Below, piece after piece: positions 39,001-61,459 of a stretch of 64,000 nucleotides of DNA (its first letter is position 1; each line of letters starts with the position of its first letter). Origin of the DNA: Trichoplax sp. H2 (lineage: Eukaryota); the NCBI GenBank assembly GCA_003344405.1, contig NOWV01000022.1, positions 558,001-622,000 on the forward strand, written 5' to 3'. Below the pieces are notes generated by a model. That model saw nothing but the letters and a program-made list of their open reading frames with translations. It was not told the DNA's origin and made no database searches. The translations under genes were made by a program, and so were the position numbers.

Positions 39001-42000
39001 TTCTACCATATTCTTATCATCACTATCGATTTCATTTAAAAGAACGGTCAAGATTTCATCAAAAGCAACATCGCCTGTGGAAAATGAATTTTTAGTTTAG
39101 TCAACCATAATTAAAGATAGAAATAAAATTTCTGTTAGAAAAACTACGCACCAGTTCTGTCATGAAGATTGTGAAAAGATTTAGCCGCAGCCACTCTAAC
39201 ATCCTGTATATCATCGCATAATACTTTACGAATAACTGCCACCAAGGCATCAATAAATTGCAAAACCTATACGGTAGCAAATCCAGTTTTAAACATTTCT
39301 CAATCAATATGATACCATAGTTAACTACAAACAAGTAGGATAAAGTAGGAGATAGTTACTTGTTCTCTACTTATGCATGAGATGATTGCACCCAATCCAA
39401 TACATGTGCCTTTTCTTCTAATAACGTCATCATCTTCAATTCCTTGTTCTAGAATTGGAATCATCTCTGGTAAGACCCGGTCTCCTAATTTTGTTACTAA
39501 ATCTGTTAAGCTAGCAGTGGCCATCTGCAAGTAAAGATATTCAAATATTAACTTATGAAGCGCATTTTAAATGAGTGTAAACTGCTACAGCTACGCACAT
39601 GTCTCATATCCAAGCTAGAGCTAGCAAGACAACCAATAAGCTTCACAAATAGGTTAGGCAGCATTTCGCGTAAAGCCTTCGGCGTATTGATAACAATAAC
39701 TTTCCATACGTGCATAGCAGCTTGTCGAACCAAGTGCGCAGCATCTGATCTACACATATAGAGACCAGAAAGTACTCGATCGCGACGTCCTCGACCTAAT
39801 GCACCTAAAATCGACTACGTCAACAATCATAACATTTATTAATAAAAGTCGAAAAAACTGTACTGAGCGTAAAATAATTTAAGACGAATACAACCTGCAT
39901 CGAATTTTCTGTACCAAAGTTTTCTTCTTCTTTACCTTCTGTACTCATTTTACCAGTAACGCCAGATAAATGGAAAAGTAAATCACCGCACAATTGTACA
40001 GAACTAAAACGGATGCGCCAATTATCATCAAGCAATCCAGCTTCAAGTTGAGGTAGAAATAATGATATGGCAGTTTTAGAGTATAAACTAATAATTAGTT
40101 GAGCTGCCCGGAGAGAAGTATCTCTTACATATTCTGTTTCATCAGCTAGACCCTAAGAGAAAAGCCGTTGTTGTACTAATTAGTGTTTTATCACTAATAT
40201 TGCCATTACCAAGAACTATAGCATAACAGCACCATTACCATGGAGGATAAATTTTACCTGTAGTACGCTAGGTATGATACTACCAATAAATGGAGAGAAA
40301 TCATCTTTAAATGTCATTGGTAAATAAATAAAGAGCATCAAGTATCCATCTCTGACATTTGGTGGCACATCTCTTCGTTGAGTCGTTGCAATTATATCAG
40401 GGAGTAGTTTTTCAAGTCTCTCCAAGCCCAATCCGTATACAACTTCGCTTAGACCTATCGAAAATCCAATGAACGTTACGCTTTACATGATATTCTAAAA
40501 AACTATGTTAATACTGTATTAATGCACTAGAGTTATTGATATATGCTATACCTTGAGCCGCTCCAGATCTATCTACAGTACTGGTATCAGTTACTAATTT
40601 ATCCAATAACCAAGGCAATAAATCCTGAAAGGGTTGTTCTCCCATCCCTTTCACAAGAACTCCAAGTGCTTTAGAAGAAACGTGTCTCACCTACAATTTT
40701 AAGTCATACATTAAAGTATCAGGACTAAACTTATAACATAAAAATTTAATATTCCATAAAAAACGTAAACTACATTAGGCATCGGGTCCAAAAGAGCTTG
40801 CTTTAAACCAGGTACAATCGAAGGTAAGTACGGCGCTAAATCCTATAATAAAATAATTACTTCTTACTTCTTAATTTTACTAACGGCTTTTACTTTCGTA
40901 AGGTCATTACTAATCATTACTAATCAATCTTAATCACTATTAATCATTACTTTCATATCAGTTAATGTAAACATATTGCCAATAATTTGAGATGCCATCT
41001 TCTTCGTCTCAGATGATCGTTGCTGCAATGCTCTATGGATAACTGGCATAATGAGGGCTAAAGATGGTGCATCAATAAAGTGCACGAAAGATGTTGACAG
41101 TAATGTTTGCAAGCAAGTTGCCGTATGAATAGTCGGCTCACTGAGAGCATCAATTAGAATCGATGATATATCTACAAATACAACATTGGTTGTCATTAAA
41201 GTTATTAATAAAATGTTTATAAGGATAAAAGAGATAATAACGTCATTTGTAAAGTTACTTTGTATTTCAGGATTTTTAATAACGGAAGCAATCTGCTTCA
41301 GCGCATGTAAGCCAGCATGTTGTACTTTAGCATGTGAATCGCCTAAAATATCTACAAGGTTAGGCACTATATTTGGAAGGCATGATGATAACTGCTTAGG
41401 AGCACAGTGAGCCATAGCTCCGAGTAGTTCTACACTACCAGTTTTAGTTCGCCAAGAATCTTCTTTTAGAGCATCCAACAATGATGGAAAAATCAGTTTA
41501 ACACCATGAGCACTTAATTTCTGCATGATTACTTTTGCTGCATCCTCTGTTGCCTAAGTTAATTTTAATTTTAATACTGTTTAACTTAACATCATCGTGC
41601 CGATCTTAATCGATAATTAAGGAAATCTATTGATGATTTTAAAACCAAGAAATTTACCTCTCTAACGTATTGGTTTCCATCGCCGAAGCAAGTTAATAAA
41701 TGAGGTAAAATTACTACGATATACGGCTCGAATATTCTACCAAGCAAAGAGAATAATATCTCCAAAGCAAATAATGACCCTTCCGAAATACCGTACAAAA
41801 ATATTTTAAAAGCAAATAAAACATAGTTCATATTTGAATATTATATGAAATCCACAGTATTAAAACCTTCTCTTCGTTTATAGTTTTTCTTATCTTGTAT
41901 AGCTTCTTCCAGTGCCGACATAATGTTTAATTGTTTCAATGATAATATTCCAAGACCTTTCACAATACCCGCCAGTCCGTAAGCGGCTCCCCTTCTTTCG

Positions 42001-45000
42001 CCATATTGACCGGATTCAAATAGCTAATTATTTCAATTAGTACAGCACAGTATTACAACACTGAGGTTCTTGTTAACACATTCGCATGCAGGTAAGAACA
42101 TTATACTATCAAACCTGTTGTAACATTCTCTTTATTAGATCTGGAACTTTATGTTTGACAGCAGGTATTACAGGAGGCAAACAATTAGCTACCGCTTGTT
42201 GAACCTTACGTTAATTAAAACAGTAAATTAAAATCTTTAATGAGTGATATTTGCTAAAGCAGATAATTATCATGAAACTACTTTACATTTAAAAATTCGA
42301 TTAAGAGAGCATATTTACCGGCTGCGAGGGAGTTGACAATGTGTCCAAAAGTTTATCGATGATGGGTAACATCTACAAATTTTTAAAAATTATAATCATT
42401 ATCAATTTACGAATCCAAAATAGAGACGAATGCGTACAAAAATGAAGTCAGCAACATACCTTAGGATCATCCTTATCCAAATGTTTTGCTAGAGAGCCCA
42501 TAACGACAACAACAGCTTGCCTAATTGCATCTTCAGCGGAAGTATTAGGAGCGTTATCAAGGTAACTTTGCAACGTCGGCAGTAAGTTCCCTACAACAGC
42601 CTACAATATATATATTGTTACCATCATCTTTTATCATTAGGCTTATCTCTACGCCAATTAGGGTTAATATACTCATAAAACATTGCTAATCTGACAGAAG
42701 CGTCACGGCAATATTAGTTCTATATTTACATATTAGGGACAAACCTTGCCATGCTCATTTATAATTGCTAATGCAGCGTCAAGCATATGCTTTCTAACAT
42801 TTTCATCGCGATCACCAAGACTCAAGGGGACGAAAAAATTAAATATATTTGATACCTGTTTGAAGTTCGAAATGTTAATTGATGATGGAGAGAAAACACA
42901 ACCATACTTAATGTAACAGCAAACAATAAGCTATGCTTTACATGATTTTTGCTCATCAACGGAGCCATCAATTCTATAGTTTGGCCAAGGCCACATCTTG
43001 CACGCCATTTATCTTTAGGTTCTTCATCATTTCTACGCCCCATAAGGTCTCGAGTTGGTTGTATAAGCTGAAAAATGTGAAGTAATTATTTTAATACTGA
43101 TATTAACTTACAATTGAATTATGAGTAAGTGCACCTACAATTAGATTCTTATCATATAATTCCAAAATTTGCTTAATGACAACATCGATCTGATCTGGAT
43201 ACTTGTTCACGGCAGCAGTGACAGCCATAGAACTGATTTTTCTGAGCATTTCATCATCATTAACTACAAACTCGAGTAAAGTCGCGCAAATACCAGGCTC
43301 TAAAGAAAAATCTAGATCCTCCCATAATCTGTCAAATTATAGAACATTTAATTCATTTTAATCTTAACACGTTTTCTAAATAAAATTAGTTACCTTTTCG
43401 AAAGATTTGCAACGTCTTCATTGGTATCAAATCTCAATACCCAAATGGATTTCAAGAAACTTGTACAACGCAGGCGAGCATCATCGGCGGAAATGTTTAC
43501 CGATTTTAAATCTTTAAGGCAACATAAGGTACGAGTCATGCCTAGAAGACCGGATAACACAGATTTTCTCAAAATAACTTCCGGTGACATTAACCCCAAT
43601 AGCAGGACATCAAGTTGCTCAGCTGTAACGTTTCGATAACAATTTTCATCGCCAAGAGTGCTACACAATCGCTCCAAACTATCGCATGCTACTCGCTGCA
43701 CGAAATTTCATGTTAAGTCAAAAAATTGTTGGATCAAGTAAGTTAAGGTTAATATTGGACAAATTTACCTGTAAGTTAACTTCTTGAATTCCACTGACGG
43801 GTAAAGCTATGAAATCTATTAGAAGGGAAAGCATATCATACGATGGAAGGAATTGTGGATCGTCCTGTAAGCAAACCCAGTTTTTTCAATAATGATTGTT
43901 AGTCTTATACACAATAAGATAGGGCTTGTAAAATATTAGAATATAATTATATGATATAAAAAGAACGTACCTCACTAACAGTACTTGATTCGGTTGTAGC
44001 TCGGCTAATGCGAAATTGCGAATGCTCACATATAACTGCCAAAGCTCGTTCCAGTAACTCGTTACTTCGTTCTATTGTTGTTACAATATAACGTAGTAAC
44101 GGAAAACAGTAAGAAAATGCATAGGTTGATAATTTCTTATTGATTTGTACGGTGTTGTGACCACTATCCTTAGTAGATAGTCTTTGATATAAGCGTTCCA
44201 TTGATAAACGAATATGTGATTTAATATCAATCATTCTCCATTCACTGTCTAGGTTCGTATCAGATTCCGTAATACGAATAGTACATGATATTACAGTATC
44301 AGCTGTAATTCAGGCATAAACAAAATGTTAGTATAAAATACAACCGTCTCATATCTAGCTAGATTAGAAACAGTGCGAAAGAGCAATAAATAAAAATATA
44401 TAAATTTACCCAGGAGTGTATCTTCACGATTGGTAAAAGCACAAGTACGAAGTTTATAACATAATGTTTTCGCATATGATTTGGCAATGGGAGATTGAAT
44501 TAGAGATAATAACACCGGTAGTAAACTAGATACATGACGTTGCAAGCAGCCTGGATTTGAATTGATGATGGACTCTAGTATCTGCGAGGACCTTGTAAGC
44601 GATGTATCTAACTGTGTGCATTAATGTGAGAATAATAATTATTCTTATGATACCCTGTGGTACGTAATTGCAAGGTACCAAGTTGTAAGCTTATCGGTCT
44701 TTATGAAACTTACCGATTTTAGTCTTGCACGTATTTCAGATTCCTTCTGTAACTGTGCTTTCATCAGCTCACGTTGTTTACTATCTAATGCTGCCATGCC
44801 AGATTCTTTATTGCCTTTTCGCTTACTGATTTCCTAAGATACAAGGATGAGGTTCAATATCGCACTATCAAAGCTACCAACACTGAAATAGCGGATTTTC
44901 TTTACAAGCATTATAATAGAAGTAGTACACTTACACGTCTAATTTCATCATCCATTAATTGATCTTCATACGAATACGCTTTCGATTCTCTTTTGACATT

Positions 45001-48000
45001 TTTTGCTCTACTATCGGCATTTAAGCTATAGAATTACAGTCATCAACATCATTTTTTGTAATTATCATTTGGTTTTTTTTGAAAGCAAATTAAAAATTTC
45101 GACGAAAATAATAATAACCTTGCGATCAAATTTTGATTCGACAATTCTCCTTCAGGACATAAAAAAATTTTGTAATCTTCGTCCGAAATATTTAGCAAAG
45201 CCTCTTGGTTGAAATCTTGCAGAACATTATTAACCATTGCATCGACAAATTGACTTCCAACAACTTTAGAAAGAGTTTCTATGACATTCCTGACACCCTA
45301 TCATAGTAATACTGTATTACAAACTGGTAAAAAGGTAGCATATTAAAAGAAATAAAAATAAAACTGAACCGAAAAAGAATACCTCAAACGACGTACGACT
45401 TTCCTCCATCATAGCAATAATTTCACCTAATCGACTTTGGACACATTCCTTAGCAATTACACCATTACTTTTTAATAGCTTTAACCAACATCGTCCGTCA
45501 ACTATAGCTAAAGGTAAAGTATGAGAATTTCTATAGCGTGATAGCAATAACAGTGAATTATATGAACCGATGACTTCTACCTATATCGGGTTCGTGAGTA
45601 TCAATCAAGATTTTGACTGCTAGTTCTTCATTAAATTGGTTACTAAGGTGTGCAGTTGCTGATGCTTCAAAAATTGTTTTAAGAGCAAAGACGAATATTT
45701 TTCTAGTCTTTTCCTGATTGCTACTACCTTCCTCTTTAGACGTATCAGTCTATACATATATACACATACACATATAAATCGAACATACAGCCTAAGTAAC
45801 TAATTAACTTGACATTATTAATACATATAAGATTTCCTAATATTTCAAACCTTCTGAGATAAGCAAACTCTATAATGTTCTCTAAAGCATTGTAGTAGAC
45901 AATCCAGTACATGAACTCCATTTAGAGTAATAGACTTCAAAATGGTTACGACATCTCTTGCTCCTTTACGGATTGCCCAACTATCATGTGTTAATCCATG
46001 AACAATGACGCTAGCAAGTGGGCTTTAAGCAAAAAATAATAGCACATATTGAATTACTTCCAGATTTACCCAACTAATAGGTATAAACAGTAGTGTCAAA
46101 GAACAAATAATGTTCCTTAGTATTAACCTTAAATTTTCTGCGGTTAGTTTAGAAGAGTGACATTTCAGGAGTATTTCAACGAATTCTAATACTAGTGCTA
46201 AATCTGTAAATAATGAGAAATTGTTATCAAACAAAAAAATTTCTAATCTAGCATTAGATAAGAGCTGCATATTAGTATCTACTACCTTCGTCACTACAAT
46301 TGTTCATGAATTTATCGGAAGTAAATAGTTTGGAATTTGCATTAAGTACAGCTGACCAAAATCCAGTAAAATCGCAATCTATATTAAGTGTTTCATAACA
46401 TCAGAAATTCAAATATTTTCCTTTGTATTTTTAGCTACATCCTAGTACAATTTACCTGACGCTTGTCCAGCTACACTTAACTTGCATAAAATAATGGCAG
46501 CTATTAAACCCTCTATTCTTGATGGTTGTTGACTAATTTGGGAAGTACACTTACTAAAGACCTAGTAAAGTTGACATCCAACATTACTCTTTTCATAAAG
46601 CATAGCAAAATCTAATCACAGTTTTAATACCTCTAGAATAGAACCTAGTACTGGAGCTCCGTATTTAAGGCAATCACCTTTATTTTCAAAGGCATAAAAA
46701 TGAAGGTTATACTCGACCTTACTTCAAACAGACAGTCAATAATCAAAATTGTATCATTGATGCAACCATTTCTAACCTTTAAGGCATTTAGCTAAGAATT
46801 TCAAATAAGCAACACGTACGGTAGGTGTCGAGGCTTTATCAAGTGATCCATTCTTTAACAGATCAATTTAATCATTTAAGTATAGAATGTAAATAAGATT
46901 TGAAATAAACCAATCCTAGCATCTTAAACGGTACCTTTAAATATTCAAACAGAAACTTGGGTATTTCCGAAGTAATTGCTTCTGCCCATAAATTTATCAC
47001 CGATATTGCATATATGTGCGATCCTTCATGAGCTAAACAAATTTGTTGCATTGTATTAAAAAAATTGCAACGTTTAATGAAAATGACAGTATCCTATTCT
47101 TACTTTCTTGCTTTGTATAATTTACGAGCTCTTGGCAAGCAAAGATAGCCAACTCTTCTTTTTTAGAGCTACCACTAACACTGTGATAACTTATACATCG
47201 GAGGCCTGTAATTGTATTGTTGCCATATCACAAACATTAAATAGTTTTATTTAATACCTAGCAATACCGTACATAATTATATCATCTTCATATTTTTAAT
47301 AACCTTCTAAAATAGATACACGTTGTGTCCAAACAGTTATTTTTCCTTCAGAACCTAAGACAAGAAATATCATGAGAAACCAATGGTAACTTCGTAAGTT
47401 TACGTCAATTTACAAAAAGGTTCAACATAAATAAAAAGTGTTTTATATGTATCAAAGATAATGTCCATCTTTTATGTTATAAAACCAATCTACCTTTCAA
47501 TATTGATAACAAATAGTTAAAAAAACTTTTTGTAGCACCAGAGTCTGTACACTGGCGAATAAAATTTTTAATCATCAACGATGCTTCTTTGCAAATTTCT
47601 TGCTTGGATGAACGGAGCGCAGCTGAATAAAATATAGTAAAAGTAATTAGCTACTAATTTTATACAATTGAATGTTTACAAGAGTACAATGACTTATAGT
47701 TCAGCTTACAGGCGGTAATTTTGGAAATGTCCATCAGATATTGACTTAGATCAATTCTGACCGAATCGAATAAGGATGGCATACCTGCGATCGAAATATA
47801 AAGTGTAAGCGTTATTACAGATATAAGTCTAATCTAAAACTATGTTATGGCTGTCAAATTTTTGAAAAGATGAAGTTTAATATCACACATACATATAATA
47901 GCAACATCGAGGTTACGTAATGCAGCTTTTTGGACCGCTGGAAGGACCTTTTCTTTAAATTCAGCGTGATCGATATTATATATTAAGTACTTTGTCCAGA

Positions 48001-51000
48001 TCTAACAAACGTGCGGTAGAGAGAAGGTAACAGATTATTATAAACTCTTTGTATATCTGTAGACGATAGTTAGTAAAAAATACTGTACAATTTATTACGG
48101 AAGCAATTTCAACGGAATTAAAGTAAATAATATTTGTAGTAGCAATTTGATAAATGTAATAAAAGTAACATAGCAGTCTTACCAAGATGTGTCTGGGAGG
48201 GACAGTTTTACTATTAATCACTGTTTTCAAGAATAGATTGAGCAGTTGTCCCTGAATATTACAGAAAACATATTACCGAAATTACTGTAAGATGTTATAA
48301 ATTAACATACCAATTCATTCAACACATCTATTACAATTACTGTAAGATAAGTAAAATGTTGACTTACTTTATACTTCGAAATAGTCCCATTATCACGTAA
48401 GGATATCAAATACTTTAAGATCACCCCTAACATACTGAGGTAGTACTGTGGAGTGGGAAATTGTAAATTTATTCAATAATTTTTCAATGTATTAGATAAT
48501 AGGACTAATACACAGTCTTTGCTATACTTTTTACCTGCTCACCATCAAGGTTAGTGATAACGTCTAAGTATACAGTCGCTAACTCTGGAAACTAGATAAA
48601 TAAAACGACAATCGCATGATATAATCCCATTACGGCTTCATAGCACTAGTATGGAGTTCTGTCATTGGTAGATAGCAAAATCACATTTAATATCTTCACT
48701 CTGAAAATTACCAGTTTAAAATTATTGACCAAGTATCTATTCGCCACGTTTACTAGTCTTTCATTATTGCTAGAAAGAACGAAATCCAATAGCTGACTCT
48801 GCATAACGATCTATGATTGAAATATGAAATAGGGTCATAATGCAAACGTTATATTATGTAAGTCACATAAGAACTTAAAGAGTAAATTGGATGAGATAAC
48901 CGTTCGATATAACGTACAAGTTTATTCAGTGCAGGACTGGTAAATGTTTTAGATGAATTGAATACGTTACGCTGTATGATGCAGAGCCAATTTAGCATTA
49001 TTAATACCTCCCTAGACGTTGATGTGCTATAAAAAATAAAAGTAGTGTACAAAATTCTTAGCAAATTCTACACTTACGATTTCTGTATGGATACGTATAT
49101 TGATTGATATCAATATACTCAAGACATTAACGAAGACATATTCCTTATGAGTTAATTAATAACTTACGTGCTTAGGCGACCAAGAGTGAATGCAGCTTCT
49201 TGCTGTAATAGTGGTAACAAGCACTTGATAGCCAATTTAGCTATTGAGATTAAAATAAATTGATAGTCATTAGCTTCCGTTGAGAGATACGATTAGATGT
49301 CACTCTAGGTGTACATGTAAGATAATTATTCCATAGAACGATAGATATTATACAACTCACATACTCGAAAACAATATCATAATTACATTATCCTGTTGTA
49401 ACTACTATAAAATACTTTAAATCACTTGAAATAATACAAAAATGAATTTCTACTTGCATCATAACTGTACACAATGCAATAGCAATTAATGCTATATAAC
49501 TTCAACTTTACCAGTCAATTGTTAAGCCTATATGGTACTGAATATAAAATATATGTAACGTATTTGCTGTATCAAAATAGATAACGCATTCGTTAGTATA
49601 CTGTATTGTAAGCGTTACTTAAGTTGTCACAGATATGATGCTAATATTGCAAAAGTAACAATACGTCGATTACGTTTGTAACAGTTTACATCAATTAAAT
49701 ATTAATTAAATATTTTTAGAGATATTTGAAACTTAAGAAATTTACCATGAGATCCAGCCAAGGTATGTATGACACCAGCAACTTTTAAGCGATTTCTCCG
49801 AAGTCTTTTTTAAAATAGTAAACATGTAAAAGGAGCAAAGGTAAATTATCTATTGAAGATATACATGATGTAACAAAGTACCCTATTCAGTAATAATATA
49901 ATTATTATTAAAAAAGGAGATTACTAATGTATCGTAGGATAACAAGCAATACATAGTTTGAGGTAGGTGAAGTGAAATTTTCAAGAGATTAATTTACCGA
50001 AGATTTCTCACAGACAGCATGAGATGATAGCATATTTGTTTGACTGCATCTTCTGGTAAATCTGTCATAACGTGAAAGCCAAATTTGAAAGTTAAGTACA
50101 GAGAATAATTGATTGGCTGTAATAAACGCAGTAGGCACAAAACTAGTGCGTCCAGTAGCAATGGCAAAATTGATTAAAACAAATAGGGTAGAATAGTTCA
50201 GTCCATGATTAAAGAGCTAGTATTTCAGATTATTGTATTTCTATATTCTATCTAACGTAGTATACTGAGAAAATGTTTTACGACATGTACTCGTATATAC
50301 GCGTATGCACTGAATTTATAGTACTCCATTTTTGCAATCAGTGACTATCTGGATAGAAAATCATGGTCACAAAGTTATTTTTCTGCTTTAATGTACGTTT
50401 GTATGCAAATGATACAATGTATTTAGTATCTCTGTATGAAACTGAAGTAACATTATTAGCTTCTCAATATTTGATCCTTTTTCAGCTGCAGTGCGCGTAT
50501 TATATGTTAGTCTACTCGTACATTTAATCTAAAGTAGTGTAGTAATGAAAAGGTTCAGCAATATAATCCATGTATCGAATTTATAACACTAAGATTTTGC
50601 AGGCAAATAACCATCGGGATAGAAAGATATAGTGATGAAGTCATTTTTTTCTGATTTAATATACGGTTGTACTTTAATTATGTAATGGAATTACTGTATC
50701 TATTGTAGAACACCAACATCGTATTAGCACATTGCTTCAATATCTGATCTTTTTCAGCTTTATTACGTGTCTTTTAACCTCCATAGTATTACTTTTATCA
50801 TAAAATCACACATAAAGCTGCTATAAAGTCTTTTCACTGCAATACACAGACGATTCCTAGCATTAGCTGATGCCTACTATCGTTATCCATTCTACGGATA
50901 CGTATCAATTCAAAAGTAGAACATTACCCTTGTTGGCAAAGTAAGCAAGGATTGTATTATTTCGGAATAGGGCATGTTGGAAAGCTGCCGATGACATATT

Positions 51001-51158
51001 TTCTAATATTAAGACATTTTCCTGAGTTGGCAATCGATGTCGATGTACAAAGCAAAAGAAGAGAGATTATTTATTTCATTCCTATGCAGTGATAATGCTG
51101 GATCGATCAACCATCACTGTAATCAGTATTGCAGTCTTACCTTTTCTGTATTGGCCAT
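36064..51158 (-). CDS. GCN1: GCN1, HEAT-repeat activator of eIF2-alpha kinase GCN2 (about 60 short exons)
   Basis: Spliced peptides match GCN1 throughout: [166 protein letters not shown]. The stop follows PDLLISG. Exon 2 is weakly conserved. Confidence 0.95.
50340..50765 (+). repeat. Diverged direct repeat (about 265 bp period) in GCN1 intron 2
   Basis: atagaaa...aagt.attttt(t)ctg.tttaat.tacg.ttgta and tcaatat.tgatc(c)tttttcagct each occur twice. Confidence 0.6.
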
Positions 51159-52296
51159 CACTGGTTTATGGGAAAATGTGAATTTAAAATTCGATTTTCC
51201 AGAGTATTTCTGTATACACGAGCAGCTTCCGCTGTGTATTTCTTAAGAATCTTTGATGAGTAAAATGGAAAAAATTAATTTTACATACGAGTAGAATTGC
51301 AAGTTGATCAGCTGACTGCGCTAGTAGCCATGCTGTATCCCAGATCTATTTCATACTTGATTTGTATACGATCGTTGATAGGGCTGGTGGTCAACACCTC
51401 GTATAGTTATCTCAAGTTTTTACTGAATTATTCATCCAATACAGATGCTGCTTACCTTCGCTTTCGTTAGTATAATAATCAACAAGAAGAGTCCAAGTGG
51501 TTTTAAAATTAGTTTGCAGGCCTCGACAATCACTTTGGATCGCTTTCCTTTCAGCACGGTCCTTGCTGACTGTTCCCCGAGAATGTACAGTACAGGACAG
51601 TATGGGTTTAGACTGTACACTGTACAGAATGCATGACCATGCTTTGGGGGTAGCGAAAGGGTGGCCAGACCACTGTATTCTATTCTCATACATACACTCG
51701 TTCAGCATGCATTATCACAGTACTGGTATAGACTGTCGACTACTGTTCAAGCCTAGTACCATCGTCTATACTCTAGCATACAGTATAACACCACCAAGGA
51801 TTGGTTGCCCGTCTCGGCGTGTTCCACACACCTTGCTTGAACTGACACATAGACTTGTAGAAGAAAAATGGAACGCTGCACCATCGTAGCAGCGTTGGAT
51901 TATATTTAATTATCACAGCTACTACTTTTATTAAGGCTGCTTAAAAAGCGACTGAGGAACCGCGAATAGTTGTGAATAAAACCTCTGCATCATAGAATTG
52001 ATATTTTTTCGTTTAACCGTATCGTAATTTCAGCTCATTACAGTAGTTTTGTATAGGCAATACAGTGATGGTATGTCGTGTAGAACTTAGGGATTTGCTC
52101 GATTTTAACAACTCAGAATTTTGACTTGACGGATTACGAACCTAGAGCTAAGAACCCGTACACTACAAACTGTGTTCAGCTATAGGCCGTTATTACACCT
52201 GTGCAGCGCTATAATTGCTTCTATACTAGCACTCCGTATTAAATTGCGTCAACCGACACCTGTCAGCATTTCCGTCTCAGTATATGCAAATTATTC

Positions 52297-52574
52297 CACT
52301 ACTACAGCATTAAGGCATACTAGTTTGTCATAGTTAAGGTTAATAATACAAAGATAAAAATAATTTGAAGAACGCAATTGATTCTCTAACACTACTACAG
52401 CATAAAGGCATACTAGTTTGTCATAGTTAAGGTTAATAATACAGAGATAAAAATAATTTGAAGAACGCAATTGATTCTCTAACACTACTACAGCATAAAG
52501 GCATACTAGTTTGTCATAGTTAAGGTTAATAATACAAAGTTAAAAATAATTTGAAGAACGCAATTGATTCTCTA
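52297..52574 (+). repeat. Near-perfect tandem repeat, 93 bp x3
   Basis: The unit begins cactactacagcat at 52297, 52390 and 52483. Copies differ by only a few substitutions and there are no spacers. Confidence 0.97.
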
Positions 52575-53673
52575 GCATCCCATGCATCCATATCTTCATT
52601 TATTGAATTGAATAGACCTATAGCGGGCAAGCCTAGAGGTGCTATAGGCGGATCTCTTACATTCCTACAGTTTACATACGTGTATTGGGGTGAACAAGGA
52701 AAATTTCAATAGTACTCGTAATGATTGATTAACTGACTAAATCATACGCTTTCTTACGCGAACAAATTTTAGCAGCTAATAACTTTGTGTACTACAATCT
52801 TTCTTACTATACCGTATAAACATTATAATCATATACAACCAGCCAAAATATCACAATCTTAAGGCATAAGCTAAGGTTAGGGATATTTACGTATACAGTA
52901 ACCGTTTCCATAGCATAATCACTAAATCAATTAAAACTATTTTTCCAATGTGGTTATTTCATTGGCTGGAAATTACTAATATGGTACTGTACAATCTACA
53001 TCGAAGATCAACTCAAGCAAATGACGTAGCAATCCACTTTCTAATCCAAATACCTCGTTTCATATTAGCGCACACCCCAGAATATTTTATTACAAACATT
53101 TACAAAGGAATTAAAATGCCGTCTTATTTAAAATAGTAATAATCAATATGCCCTTATATCATTAACATCTAAGCTGAATCTGAGTTCTTATGGTCAGAGA
53201 ATGAATAATAATTTCCACTAGAGATTGATGTAATAAAAAATAAAAAATTAAGTAATGTGTATTCCATCTCTTCTTGCTAAGCTGAAAGTAATATACATGA
53301 AAACAAATACAGGCCTTATTAATAACAGCATTTAGTCTGATGAATATGATACTACCGTTACAATAAGAAACGATTTAAATAATCTTTCAAGAATTGTACC
53401 TGTATTCTTTATAAGCCTATTTATAACAAGAAAAATGAACCTGCAATTATTTATTGAAATCTTATATAAAATTAACAATTCCCGAATTACTCTGTTAAGA
53501 TACCCTCTTACTTTGTATATTTTATGACGTACGATACACAAATTGCATCGTTACTGGCTTTGAACATACACAAATTTAATTGAAGTGCAATATAGCAATC
53601 TACCGAAACACACATTTATGGAGTAATATCTATAGCACAGTCTCCAGTATAGTGCAGTATCTGTAACAGCCTA

Positions 53674-61261
<7,588 letters not shown>

Positions 61262-61459
61262 GGTAATAACAGCAATATTACAAATAGGATTCTTGAATAA
61301 CAGAAAAGGAATGCTCTCCAATCACAACACAACTGGTGGAAAGTCGAGAGCGATTTTTTTTTCAATCGCTCCTTCAATGTTGTCTGTTACTAGACTGCAC
61401 TTTTAATATTTAGAATCAAATCAATTGAATCGAACAGTCAGTCTTGAAATCTAAGATAT

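Noticed and set aside
51412..51889. Four overlapping ORFs (63-130 aa)
   Set aside because: No recognisable domain. They fall in GC-richer, low-complexity promoter DNA where stop codons are rarer.
52297..52574. Repeat array as CRISPR, or the 64 aa ORF 52291-52485 as a repeat protein
   Set aside because: The units are contiguous with no unique spacers, the context is eukaryotic with no cas genes, and the ORF simply reflects a 93 bp unit divisible by three.
52617..52648. 8 bp hairpin beside the tandem array as a Helitron 3' end
   Set aside because: No CTRR terminus at the expected short distance on either strand.
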